A stretch of DNA of 64,000 nt, from positions 31,992,001 to 32,056,000 of the forward strand of contig OX597836.1 in the NCBI GenBank assembly GCA_951406725.2. Reading direction: 5' to 3'. How positions within the stretch are numbered: the stretch's first letter is position 1; each line of letters begins with the position of its first letter. The DNA is from Octopus vulgaris. Its lineage: Eukaryota. The notes under the pieces were generated by a model. The model did no database searches. It was not told the DNA's origin and was given only the letters and a program-made list of their open reading frames with translations. Shown one piece after another: positions 25,890 to 39,589 of this stretch. The position numbers and the translations under genes were made by a program.

Positions 25890-26120
25890 TTTCGTTACTA
25901 CCCACAAGGGGCTAAACATAGAGGGGACAAACAAGGACAGACAGAGTGATTAAGTCGATTACATCGACCCCAGTGCGTAACTGGTACTTTATTTATCGAC
26001 CCCGAAAGGATGAAAGGCAAAGTCGACCTTGGCGGAATTTGAACTCGGAACGTAACGACAGACGAAATACCACTAAGCATTTCGCCCGGCGTGCTAACGT
26101 TTCTGCCAGCTCGTCGCCTT
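25890..26120 (-). mobile_element. Young SINE family B copy
   Basis: Complete head, Meta-like domain and tail, with CpGs retained. Confidence 0.9.
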
Positions 26121-26130
26121 CATTTGCATA

Positions 26131-26166
<36 letters not shown>

Positions 26167-26199
26167 CACACATATATATATATAAATATAAATATATAC

Positions 26200-26275
<76 letters not shown>

Positions 26276-26937
26276 GTAAATATATATAAATACACACACG
26301 CATACACATACACACAATAAGAGTGAGTTAAGCATTAAATGTTTCACATGACGAGATGACCACGCTGGTATGGATTTGTTATGCAAATATAAATGTTTGG
26401 TGAAAAATTAGCATGCCGTGTCAGTAAATGTGTCTTCTCTTGTCATAATTGTGACAAAGGAAGACGCATAAGAAGTGATGAGATCAGATCTTAGATTGTA
26501 GATTATAATAGACAGAAATAACAAAGGATTATAGTAAGATTCACTGCACACACATTTCCAGTGTTCATAAACATGTAAAAACATGTATAGATGTTTGGAT
26601 AGGATTTGCGTGGTTTTGATAAATACGACTTTAGCAGGTTTCAGATGGAAGATAATCCAATGTAATGTAATATGGATATCACCAAATTTTAACTCTTTCC
26701 TTTGACATATTGGTTTCAAATTTTGGTACAAGGCCAGCAATTTCAGGGAGGGAATAAATCAATTACCTGAATGCCAGTGCTCAACTGGGGGCTTATTTTA
26801 TCAATCCTGAAAGGATGAAAGGCAAAGTGGACCTTAGTGGAATTTGAACCCAGAGCATGAGGACAGATGAAGACAGATGCTAAGAATTTTGCTTGGCTCA
26901 CCACCTGTCTGTTCACTCTTTTTATATTTTGACAAAT

Positions 26938-27530
26938 TCATCATCATCATCATCATCATCATCATTTACCATCCTTTGTCCATGCTGGCATGGGTTGGAT
27001 GATTTGACCAGGGCTGGCAAGGTGGTGGGGGATGCACTAGACTCCAATCTGATTTGGCATGGTTTTTCTATGGCTAGATGCCCTTCTTAATGCCGACCAT
27101 GCCAAGAGTGTAATGGGTGCTTTTTACGTGCCACCAGCACAGGTGCCATTTGCGTGACACCAGTATCTACCACGACTGTGATTTTACTTGGCCTGATGGG
27201 TCTTCTCAAGCGTGGCATAACACCAAAGGTCTTGGTCATTGCCTCCTTGAGACCCAATGCTCGAAAAGTGCTTTTTACGTGCCACTTCCACGGGTGCCAG
27301 TTATGTGACACCAGCACCAGTCATGATTATGATTTCACTTGGCTTGATGTGTTTTCTCAAGCACAGCATATCACCAAAAGCCTCAGTCACTCGTCATTGT
27401 CTCTGTGAAGCCCAAAGTTCAAAGATTGTGCTTCACTACTTTGTCCCATGTCTTCCTGGGTCTACCCCTACCACAGGTTCCCTCCACAGTTAGAGATTGG
27501 CACTTCTTTACACAGCTGTTCTTGTTGATC
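26938..27530 (-). mobile_element. RTE-derived element with internal ~150-bp duplication
   Basis: (CAT)n end and RTE C-terminal remnant (GRGRPRKTWDKVVKHNL*TLG on the minus strand at ~27405-27480). Confidence 0.75.
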
Positions 27531-28208
27531 ACTGATGTCTTTCATCTTTGGAGAACGTTTCCTACCTTTATACACACAAACACATACACACACATACACA
27601 CACACATGTATGTAATGTATACACACACATGAATATATGCATATATATTTGTATATATGTACATAAATATGTGCATATATATATATGTGTGTGTGTGTGT
27701 GTATATATGTACATACATGTATTTGTGTATATGTATGTAAATATATATATGCATATATATGTGTGTGTATATATAAGTGCATATATGTTTATTTACATAT
27801 AAACATGTACACACACACACACACACACATATATATACATGCATACAAAGATACATACATTCATACATAAATTCATACATACATACACATACATTCATAC
27901 ATACATACATACATTCATACAAAGATACATACATTCATACATAAATTCATACATACATACACATACATACATACATACATACATACATTCATACATTCAT
28001 ACATAAATTCATACATACATACAAACATACATATATATGTGTGTCTCTATCTTCATATGTTTAAGGAGACCACTTAGTGGTTCTCCTGTTTATGTGTAAT
28101 TTATAGACATGTATATATTATAAAAATATTTATGGCGTATGGACATTTTTTATGCATGCTGGCCACTGGTATAAATTATTATTTTGAATAATTTTCCCCC
28201 TTTATATA

Positions 28209-28239
<31 letters not shown>

Positions 28240-28258
28240 ATGTGTGTGTGTGTGTGAG

Positions 28259-28297
<39 letters not shown>

Positions 28298-28305
28298 GTG
28301 TGTGT

Positions 28306-28344
<39 letters not shown>

Positions 28345-29296
28345 TATGCATGTATATGTATATGTATGTATAATGATAGAGACATAGTTGGACAGATTTA
28401 TAGATAAATATAGATAGTGATATATGATTTATTTAAATGGGAATAAATATTTTTTGTTAAAATCTTTTTATATATTGTGTCCGTCACGAGTCTGACTTTG
28501 ACAATTTATTTGATGAATGATTACTAGACTAACCCTATTTAGTCCTGACACACGACTGATTACACACACACTCACACACACACACATACACATACACACA
28601 CACGCACTAGCATGCATGCATACATACATATATCTATAATATAAATTCTATCGTAAGAGAGACAGACAAACAAATACAAATACATGATTGATAGTATTCA
28701 TATCTCTAAGTGTGAATAGAATATAAATGTTTATCAATTTCATTCTGAATTGTAGTTATTTAAATGTCATTTTAACAGAGAGATTGGCTTTCATTCTTGT
28801 GACATATTCCTTGATTGGTAAAGGAGAGAATTAACGCATGATGTATTGAATGAATGCTTGACTCTTTACTGGCTATATCAAGCCCAAATATTCTACCTGT
28901 TTTATGTTAGGTTCAAATCAATCAGATCTGGCCTTTCAAACCTACACAACAATGCCATTTCAAAAATGAACCATCGCATCACCGAAATCACGTCTTCAAA
29001 ATAACATCATTAAAATCTCAAAGATATGAGATATCATCATCATCATCATCATCATCATTATCATCATCATTTAACGTCCGCTTTCCATGCTAGTATGGGT
29101 TGGACGATTTGACTGAGGTCTGGCGATTCAGATGGCTGCACCAGGCTCCAATCTTGATCTGGCAGAGTTTCTACAGCTGGATGCCCTTCCTAACACCAAC
29201 CACTCCGAGAGTGTAGTGGAGGCTTTTACGTGCCACAGGCACGAGGGCCAGTTATGCGGTACTGGCAATGGCCACGCTCAAGTGGTACTTTTTATG

Positions 29297-29410
<114 letters not shown>

Positions 29411-29471
29411 TATGTATATATATATATACATATACATATATACATACATATATACATATATATATACATAT

Positions 29472-29539
<68 letters not shown>

Positions 29540-30594
29540 GTATATGTATATTTATGTGTTTGTCTTTGGCCAACTAAAATCACTTGACAGCCGATGTTGG
29601 TGTGTTTACATCCCTGTGACTTAGCAGTTTGGAAAAAGAAACTGATAGAATAGGTACTATTTCATTAACTAAAACCCTTTAAGGTGGTGCTCCAACATGG
29701 CCACAGTCAGATGACTGAAACAAGTAAAAGAATAAAAGAATTATCTCCACCACTGCTTTACATCTGGTGTTGATTTGTTTCTGTTTCCATAACTTAGTGG
29801 TTCAGCAAAAAAACAAAGAAGACAGAACAGATACCAGCAATTAATGTATAGGAGTGAATTTGATTAGTGCAGAACTATAGTAGAAAACACTCGCCTACAT
29901 TGTCATGCATTGGGACTGAACCCAGAACCACGTGAGTGGGAAGCAAATTTCTTACCACACAGCCATGCCTGCATTTGTAGTAAAATAAACTGCCAATGAG
30001 TTCAAGATTTTAAAGCCCCAACAGGGAGCTTTTTTTATTTATTTTGTAATTAATTAGATAATCTCATTTGATTGAAGTTTTTCAGTTCACTGATATTACA
30101 TTTGTAAAACCCTGCTGCATATGAAGAAACATTAGTATCAACAAGAATATTAATGATATTTCAAAGACACTCGTGCTAAGACAATAATTCCACAGCTTTA
30201 AGTATACAGGATTAATCAAAGACAGCAGCATAAGTCCAAAGAACATAGGCTTAACAATGTGGTTGCAGGCTATGTAGAATTTTATAAGGTTATTGCATGT
30301 GTTTATGTGAATCATACACAATATGTATTTTATTAACATGCACATACATGTACACACACATGCACATACACACACACATAGAGAGAGAAAGAGCGATACA
30401 TAAATATATACATATATACGTGCATATATGTGTGTCTCGATATGTGGTGTGTGCATGTCTATGTGTGTACATGAATATGTGTATGTATGTGTATACATGT
30501 GTGTGTATGTGTGTATGCTAATAAAATACACATTGTGTATGATTCACATAAACACATACAATAACCTTATATGTTACATATATATATGCTAAAC

Positions 30595-31365
30595 ATTGAA
30601 AAAGGCAATACAGTAGACAATTACAGGCCGATATCCTGTTTATCACTTATGTGGAAATTATTGACTGGAATACTCGCAGAGTCAATGTATGAACATCAGG
30701 AAAAAAATGGAGTCCTGCCACATGAGCAGAAGGATTGCAAGTGTAAGTGCAGAGGTACCAAGGATCAACACCTGATAGACAAAATTTTACTTAGAGACTG
30801 CAAGAGGAGAAAAAATAACTTAGCCATGTCATGAATCAACTATCATAAGGCGTACGATATGAACCCACACTCTTGGATAATGGAATGTATGAACCTATTT
30901 GGTATTGCATTGAATGTTGAGCGATTGCTTGGAAAAAGTATGGCAAATTGGAGGACGGGTCTGACAGCATACGGAAGAAGTTTAGGGACAGTAGAAATTA
31001 GGAGGGGCATCTTCCACTGATCTTTGTACTAAGACTGATTCTGAGGAAGGCAAAAGCAGGGTATGTATTCAAAAGCCACCAACAAAAAGTCAACCATTTG
31101 TTATTCATGGATGACCTCAAACTTTATGGTATAGATGAAGCCCATGTCAGTTCAGTTCCCTCGTTGATACGGTATATACTTTTAGTGCTGATATCAGAAT
31201 GGAGTTCGGACTGAGAAAGTGTGCTGAGTTTGTCCTGAACAGAGGCAAAATTAAATGTATGGACGGGCTAACAATACTGTCAGAGGGTGGCTATGAAGCA
31301 GATAGAAGAAACGGGCTATAAGTACTTGGGGATTTTGGAAATGCATAAATTGATAGAGAAAGAAA
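30595..31365 (+). pseudogene. R4/Dong-type reverse transcriptase fragment
   Basis: [16 protein letters not shown]...EQK...GTKDQHLID...KAYD..PHSWI...RRGIF...NHLLFMDDLKLY...YKYLG, with stops and frameshifts. Confidence 0.92.
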
Positions 31366-31369
31366 ACTG

Positions 31370-32896
31370 CAAGGAGGGGGAAGAGGATGAGATTACATGG
31401 AAAGTCCAGGGATGAGAGGAGACTTCCTCGAAAGTTCCGAGAGTGTCCTACAATTTTCTGATGACTTCCTGGAAAGGTCCGATGTTGAGGACGAGATTAC
31501 CGAGGCTGGGTAGGAAAATTCCTGGAAAATTCTGAGGACATCCTGAAAAATCTCTGAGGGTGGTAAGGAGACTTCCTGGAAAAGTCCAAGGATGGAAACG
31601 AGATTGCATGTAAAATTCTGAAGACTACCTAGAAAACTCTGAAACTTCCTGGAAAGTTCCAAGGATTTCCTGGAAAGTATCGAGAGAGTTGAGGAGACGT
31701 TCTGGAATGTTTCGTGCGTTCCTGGAATTTTCTGATGACTTCCTGCAAAAGTCCGAAGGATGGGGTCGAGATTACCTTCCGAGGACTTCCTGGAAAACTC
31801 CGAGGAGGGAGAAGGGAACGAGATTACATGGAAAAGTTTGGTAATGAGAGCATACTTCATGGAAACTTCTGTAACCGACCTGCAATTTCCTTATGACTTC
31901 TTGGAAAGATCCGAGGATTACCTGGAAAAGTTCGAGGACGGGTAGGAAACTTCCTGAAAAATTCCGAGGATGGGGACGAGATTGCCTGGAAAATTCCGAG
32001 GGTGGGGAGGAGACTTCCTGGAAAAGTCCGAGACGGGTAATAGACTACCTGGACAAGTCCGAAGAGGGGGACTTCCTGGAAAATTCCAAGGTGGAGGAAT
32101 TGAAGGGGAAGCAGGGGAGAGAGTACTTCCTGGAAAATTTCGAGAAGGGGCTTCCTGAAAAATTCCAACGAGGAGAATTGAAGGAGAGGAAGGGGCACTT
32201 TCTGGAGAATTCCAAGGTGCGACTTTCTGGAAAATTCCAGCGAAGAGGAATTGAAAGGGAGGAGGGGAGGGAGTACTTCCAGGAAATGTCTGAGGAGAGG
32301 GCATCGTGGAAAATTCCAAGCACTGGGATTAAAGTGGAAAATGAGTGGAAGGGGAGGGAGACCGTCCTGGAAAAGTCCAATAAGGGGTACTTTCTGGATA
32401 ATTCCAAGGACGTGAGGTGAAGGGGAGAAAGTGGAGTGAGAATTTCCTAGAAAAGTCCGAGGCGGGGGGACTTCCTAGAAAATTCCAAAGGAATTGAAGG
32501 GGAGGAAGGGGAGGGGTACTACCTGGAAAAGTCTGAGGGAGACTTCCTGGAAAATTCCAAGGAGTGGGAATTGAGGGATGGGAGGAGTTCCTGGTAATTT
32601 TATGGAGGGGGAGGTGAAGAAGAGAATTTCCTGGAAAATTCGAGGAGGAGAAATGCCTTGACAATTCCAAGGAGGGGTATTTGAAGGGAGAGAGAACTTC
32701 CTAGAAATGTCCGAGGTGTGTGACTTCCTGAAAATTCCAAGGATGGGGAACTGAATGGGAGGAAAAGGAAGGCGTACTTCCTCGTAAAGTCTGATGAGGG
32801 GTACTTCCTAGAAAATTCCAAAGAGAGAGTTGAAGTGAAGGAAGGGGAGGGGTATATCCTCGAGAAGTCCGTGGTGTGTTCTTCCTGGAAAATTTT
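31370..32896 (+). repeat. Purine-rich degenerate tandem array of ACTTCCTGGAAAATTCCGAGG
   Basis: About 14 perfect TTCCWGGAA counted by eye plus many variants, separated by G/A-rich spacers. Confidence 0.9.
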
Positions 32897-33105
32897 AGAT
32901 TAATCCCTATTTTTATAAGCAATTGTATTATGCATGTATGCATGCATGTATGTATTTATTTTCGTATGCAGTATAAATTAACCAAATTCAGGCAAATGTA
33001 TGAAATGCTAATTCTGAATATATATATATATATATATAAATTTTATTTCGTAATGTGATAAAAAAACCAAGGATGTGTAGATTTTAGAAAATTTATAGAT
33101 TGAAG

Positions 33106-33153
33106 GTCTTACAGCTGTTTCCAGGATATTTATTATATCCCTTCATCAGAGAC
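33106..33153 (-). ncRNA. Apparently intact minimal type I hammerhead ribozyme (Penelope pLTR)
   Basis: GUCU-CUGAUGA-A-GGGAUAU(AAUAA)AUAUCCU-G-GAAA-CAGCUG-UA^AGAC. Stem I GUCU/AGAC, palindromic stem III ACAGCUGU, GUA cleavage triplet. Confidence 0.8.
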
Positions 33154-33581
33154 AGTGTGAGAAGATGGTTAAGAAATAGTTAATCTAGATAAGTTATAAA
33201 ATAGAGAGTTACATATTTACCCTTAAATTAACATTTATATATAAATTCATATATATATATATGTTAATTTAAGGGTAAATATGTAACTGTAAATACCTTG
33301 CAACCGCTGCGGATATTTATGAACTGGGAATTGAATGGTAAATGTGTATTTTTATATACCTTTGACACCTTATCGTTTTTTGTCAAGAGTTTCACCTCCA
33401 GCCGTTCATTATATCAGTTAACACTCATACTGACACACCATTCAGTTGTGGTGGCTCATTTTGTGTTTCTCCTTCTTATTCCCGAAAAATTTATTTGTAG
33501 TGAGCAGAAATTGAAAGAGAAAGAGAAAAGGACAGAAAATGAAAGTGAAAGATATAAGTATGTATGTACGTGCGTGCGTAC

Positions 33582-33615
<34 letters not shown>

Positions 33616-34298
33616 AAGTGATATTGAGTGAGTGAAGGTGTGTGTCGTGATGATTGATGTCTTTTAAGGAACACACATACATGGAAAATGTGACATCGTT
33701 GTATAAAATGTTTACGATAGTTGATTTATGGAAAAGATTATATAATGTAAATTTTTGAAATGCAAATATGTGAATGGAAATTAAGTTTAATTTATAGCTG
33801 AAATAATACTGAATCTTTTGATACCCCATACGTCAAAATCTGTGACTCAGATTTGGAATGCATAAGGAATATATATATGTGTGTGTGTGTGTGTGTGTAG
33901 GACAGACATGAAAGTAACTGCTAGCACTCACTGCACGTGCAACCATGTGCTGCCATCTGTTGGCACATTACACAACTGGTTCGGGCACTTTTAGATACCA
34001 CCTTGCATATATATATGCACATGCACTTGCAGATACACACAGATAACCTTCATCTGATGTGTGTGCAAAACCTGTATTTCAGCACAGGAGTAGCTGTGTG
34101 GTAAGTAGCTTACAAACCACATGGTTCCGAGTTCAGTCCCACTTGTATGGCACCTTGGGTAAGTATCTTTTACTATAGTTTTGGGTTGATCAAAGCCTTC
34201 TGAGTGGATTTAGTAGACAGAAACAGAAAGAAGACCGTCGTATATATATATATATATATATTTAAAAAAGGAGATGTGGAACACTAGTTGTGATATAT

Positions 34299-34620
34299 AA
34301 AGAAAGGAAATGAAGAAAATGCTGACAAAATAATTTAAGTAAGGGAGAGTGTATTTAATTAGGTGAAAGTTCTTTTTACCGGTTGCGCATTTGTTATGCT
34401 TATCAAAAGATATTTTTTAAGAGAGATAGAGTTCCTTTCTGATAGATTTTTTTCTCTTATCTGATAAGAGAAAAAAATCTATCAGAAAGGAACTCTATCT
34501 CTCTTAAAAAATATCTTTTGATAAGCATAACAAATGCGCAACCGGTAAAAAGAACTTTCACCTAATTAAATACACTCTCCCTTACTTAAATTATTTTGTC
34601 AGCATTTTCTTCATTTCCTT

Positions 34621-34625
<5 letters not shown>
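34299..34625. repeat. Perfect palindrome, 163-bp arms, 1-nt spacer (centre 34462)
   Basis: 34299-34461 is the reverse complement of 34463-34625. Confidence 0.95.
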
Positions 34626-34670
<45 letters not shown>

Positions 34671-35029
34671 GTTCCTTCTCGAGCCATGCCAGGCACATAA
34701 GGGCCGGTTTCCCAGTTTCAGTGGCATAGAAATTCCCCACCTGGACAGGATGCTGGTCCATCACAGGATTACTCATTTTTGCCAGATGAGTGGACTGGAG
34801 CAACGTGAAAATGAAGTGTTTTGCTCAAGAACACAATGCATCATCAGGTCCAGGAATCGAAACCACAACCTTACGATCATGAGTTCAACACCCTAACCAC
34901 TAAGCCATGTGCCTCCACACACGCACACACAAACACACACACACATATATGTGCGTATGTGTGTGTGTGTGTCTATATATATATACATATATATACATAT
35001 ATATGTATGTATATAAATATATGTACGTG

Positions 35030-35076
<47 letters not shown>

Positions 35077-35309
35077 GTATGCATGCATACACAAGTGTGT
35101 ATTTCATAAACTTACACATCTACTTCAATGTACAGGCACACATAAACTAGCATACACTAAAAATATCCTGCTTTACGCAAGCTACAGAAGTGTAAACAAA
35201 AACCAAACTGGAGTTTATTAAAGGATAATAAATTGCATATAGAGCTATAAACTGTATATATAGCTTGCAAACATTCACAGCATTTTACACACTTATGAAC
35301 AGGCATATT

Positions 35310-35349
<40 letters not shown>

Positions 35350-35711
35350 CTTGTGTGCATGTGCATGTGGATTTATATAGTTGTATGCCTGCATCTGTAT
35401 GATGTGACGTTAATAAGACAGAAACTTAAAGTAATCTTCATTCAGCTGTTTTTTTTATTTGATTTATAAGACAGAAATATTCAATAGACAATGTATTATA
35501 AAATGGAGATGAGGCAGCATTATTATGATGTTTTAATTCAGTATGAATATAATGGCTGCTAATAAGTACATTCCAGCATTTCAACCTGAAACACACTTTA
35601 TATATTTTAATACGAAAATACCATTTCTTAAGAATAAGAGAATAATGCTTTGAAATTTGAAATGAACCGAAAAACATGTTACTTGTAAAATGTGTGCCTG
35701 TGTATACATGC

Positions 35712-35778
<67 letters not shown>

Positions 35779-35908
35779 TATATACTTATACATATATTTA
35801 TATATATATACATACACACGCATATACATATATATGTGGGTGTGTATATATATATGTATATATATATATCTATCTATCTATATATATATATATATATACA
35901 TATATATA

Positions 35909-35939
<31 letters not shown>

Positions 35940-36012
35940 GGATATAGATATATACATATGAATCTATATATATATGTATACATACATATCAACATGTGTA
36001 TATCTCTATATC

Positions 36013-36061
<49 letters not shown>

Positions 36062-36259
36062 TTTCTTTATTTGTGTGTGTGTGTGTATTTGTATATGCAT
36101 ATTTCTTTATATTTATTATAACTATTAAAATGAATCACCACATCAGTCACCGTGTATATACCATTTGCAGAAAGCATTAATCCAGAGAAGAAAGACCCTG
36201 TAAAATGTAGAGCATGGCCTTCCCCAGTAAAAATATACATACATTTCTTTCTTTCTTTC

Positions 36260-36317
<58 letters not shown>

Positions 36318-36444
36318 GTTCAGCTTAGTTAAAATGTCTGTGACATATTTTGACTAACCTAAAGTTTGTTCGTCAACACTGCATTCTGCTGATGCTGCTA
36401 TTTCTCTTCCAACCAGGTGATATGCGAGTGCAGCTCATTTTCTG

Positions 36445-36740
36445 TTCCTTCTCGAGCCACGCATGGCTCATAAGGGCCTGTTTCCTGGTTTCCTTGGCGT
36501 ATAGATTCCCCACTTGGATGGGATGCCGGTCCATCATAGGTGAGCTGCAAGATGCAGGAGGAAAGAGTGAGAGAAAGTTGTGGCAAAAGAGTCAGCAGAA
36601 GTTCACCATTACCTTCTGCTGGAGCTGTGTAGAACTTAGGTGTTTTGCTTATAAACACACACATCATCCGGTCTGAGATTCGAACCTGCAATCCCTCGAC
36701 CGCGAGTCCACTGCTCTAACCACTAGGCCATGTGCCTCTG
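36445..36740 (-). mobile_element. SINE related to families C/D
   Basis: tRNA head GGCACATGGCCTAGTGGTTAGAGCAG..GGTTCGAATCTC. Near-identical family member at 63280-63578. Confidence 0.85.
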
Positions 36741-37271
36741 GTGTGTTGAGTGTATAGGCTCATCAAATTTGCATCCATTCTTGTCTCACTGGATTGGAAT
36801 GCCTTTTCTATTTTCTGCTTTTGATTCTCCTTTAGTATGGAGAGATAGTTAAGCGTGAACATTGTTGTTGATGGACTTGAATGAGTGGTCAGCAGTTGGG
36901 TCACCAATTTAATAAGAGAGGTTGTTCAGTGTGAGAAAATGAAATTATCAGAAGGCAATTTTTGGTGGGGTGGGGGGTTAACATAACGCAGATTTATTTA
37001 AAGTGAGGATAGCACTGTATAGCAAATAAACAAAGGTAATTATGAATTTGACTTGTGTAGAAGGATGTGTGCAATGATAGAAATAATGATCGGCTGGAGT
37101 GATACTGACAGAGAAAAGAATTAACTCACTAATAAGCAGTAAAAATTCATGCATTGTATGAAAGAGAAAATACAATAAGTTGTTTCCAAGTGAGTGTGTA
37201 AGTAACCAATCGACATGTCATTCCGTGTGACCAAAGTTACTGGACAGTTGATGATCACATGTTAACCTGCT

Positions 37272-37614
37272 AGCTTCTAGTCTGTTCCAAGAAGCTATAA
37301 AAATTTGTGTTGGTTGATATTTTATTTTGCTTTCATCTATACCTAAAAATTTCTCAGTACTGCACCTGCTTGTTTAATATGTATAGTTATATCAAACAAT
37401 CATCGATTATTCGGAACAGCTGTAAGTTTTAAAAGTTTTTGCAAGCTTCTAGTCTGTTCCAAGAAGCTATAAAAAATTGTGTTGGTTGATATTTTATTTT
37501 GCTTTCATCTATACCTAAAAATTGTCTCAGTACTGCACCTGCTTGTTTAATATGCATAGTTATATCAAACAGTCATCGATTATTCGGAACAGCTGTAAGT
37601 TTTAAAAGTTTTTG
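37272..37614. repeat. Head-to-tail duplication of a 172/173-bp unit; third copy of its core at 41609-41755
   Basis: AGCTTCTAGTCTGTTCCAAGAAG starts at 37272 and 37444. Confidence 0.95.
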
Positions 37615-39589
37615 TGCCCTTTGGCTGGGTGGAAGTCATCATGTGTATTCCTCCGCCACTAGCTTTCAAAGGGCAGAGGAACGCAACACCCGTGTGCTGC
37701 CATGCAGGGGTGAAATAGTTTAACTGCTCTGCTACACTCCATTTGTTGTCAACATCTGATGAGTGGAGGACTAGGCTGATGATGCTTAGATTTGTGTTGA
37801 AACCATGTCTTCAGCATTTCGTTGATTGTAAGTAGGTGCAATTGCTATGTGTCAGACTTGCTTTTCTATTATTCATTTCTTTAACTGAGCTGTAGTTCTG
37901 GATCAAGCACAGACTGAGGACACCTGTGTGTAGAGTGTCATTAGGCCCTTAAAGCTCTCTGTAAATCTGGAAATATGATTAGTGGAAGTTCCACTTCAGT
38001 ATTTCATAGAGGTTTTAGTGGTGGGCAAGAGTGATGACATTCTCAGAGAAACTCTGAGCATTGGTGAGAATCAACAGGCAGTTGACAAGAACCAACAAGG
38101 ACTTTCAAGCCGAGGCCCATGGAAAATTTCTTGAGGTCTCTGATCTGTTAATATTACGAGAATGCCTAGCCTGTTTCAGATAAATGCTGCAAATATGGAA
38201 GTGCTTTACCCAGGGTCTCAAGGTGTTTAATTGACTGAGAATGTGAGAATTTCTCTCCACTGACTGGCACTCCATTGGTTATGATCATGAATTCTCCAGT
38301 TGATTTGGTTTATGGAACAGCCTGGTCATAAAATTAATGTGTAAGTGGCTGAGTACTCCACAGACATGCATAACTTTTAGCATGATTCTCAGGGATATTC
38401 AGCATGATATGGAATGTGACAAGGCTGGGCTTTTGAAACTATAGGTACAACTCATGTTTGCCAGATGAGTGGACTGGAGCAATGTGAAATAAAGTGTCTT
38501 GCTCAAGGACACAATGCGTCACCAGAAATCGAACTCACAGCCTTATGACCATGGACCAAATACCCTAACCACTAAGCCACTAAATGGAACAACAGTCTCT
38601 CACAGGGTTTTAATCCCCAATTGCCACTGGTATTCACTGTCAGCTAAGTGAACTGGAGCAACTGAAAATGAAGTGCCCTGCTCAAGGGCATTGTGCTACC
38701 TGGTTTAAGAATCGAACAGATGACCTAATCATCATGAGGCTAACACCTTAACCACAAGGCTATGCACCTTAACAAATGTGCAACACAATAAAGAATTAAA
38801 ATATTTTCCTCTCTTGGCAAATAATGGATGTCAGTAAATAATGTTCTTACTCTGCTCTTGGCACAATGTGAGAGAAGTTTCATAAAATTTCATTTGACTA
38901 AAAGAATATTGTTGGATTTTTTTTTTGTTTTTCTTTTTTTTGTTCATGATATTGTGGAATCTCTGCAATTGTCTTTGCTAAGTTTGGTTCTGCTTGCTTT
39001 TAATTCTCTGTCTTTTTTCGGTCAGGTTACATTTAACAATCAATAAGCAGTCTGCCATAAGCTTATTACGGAAAGAAATTTCTAATCTAAAGTAATGTTA
39101 ACGAGATAGCTCAAAGCTGTTTTATGATAGGGGAATGGTTGAGCTAATATCTCTGAAGAACTAGTAGCTACATGATTGATCTCAAAACGCTGGATGATCA
39201 ATAAGATGATTGATTTGCCTCCTAATTATTTATATGGTTTCGTTTTACCAAAGAAAATCAGGATTTGCATTTCACTTGAGTTAGAGAATTAATATAGTTA
39301 GAACAGAGAGCATTAAATATATTTATTAGAAATAATTATGTGGTGACAAAAAGCAAAACAAAATCAATTCTAGTCAATGATTTATGTTTTAAGTTGTTTA
39401 GCTATTATGGGAGACAACTCTGTACATGCTTTGGTAGTATAAGACCTCCTTAGCAATATATAAATTGCATAAATTTTGTAAATATAGAAAAGTAGGAAGA
39501 TTGAATAAATAAATTACTCTTATATACCACCTGCAGAAAACAATACTGTTGAGTTAGAGTTAGCAATGATGATAGCATCGTAGATTATA

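Noticed and set aside
30082-30275. Hydrophobic ORF resembling a membrane-protein exon
   Set aside because: Composition reflects T-rich DNA, with weak splice sites and no recognisable motif.
31893-32420. 175-aa ORF with repeated DFLENS peptide
   Set aside because: The motif shifts among frames, overlapping ORFs occur on both strands and there are no splice signals. It is better explained as a non-coding repeat.
37272-37614. Hammerhead/retrozyme monomer, snRNA or NUMT interpretation of the 173-bp tandem unit
   Set aside because: GGAACAGCTGTA mimics a stem III palindrome but no CUGANGA core exists. Sm-like and 12S-like matches are too short to support.
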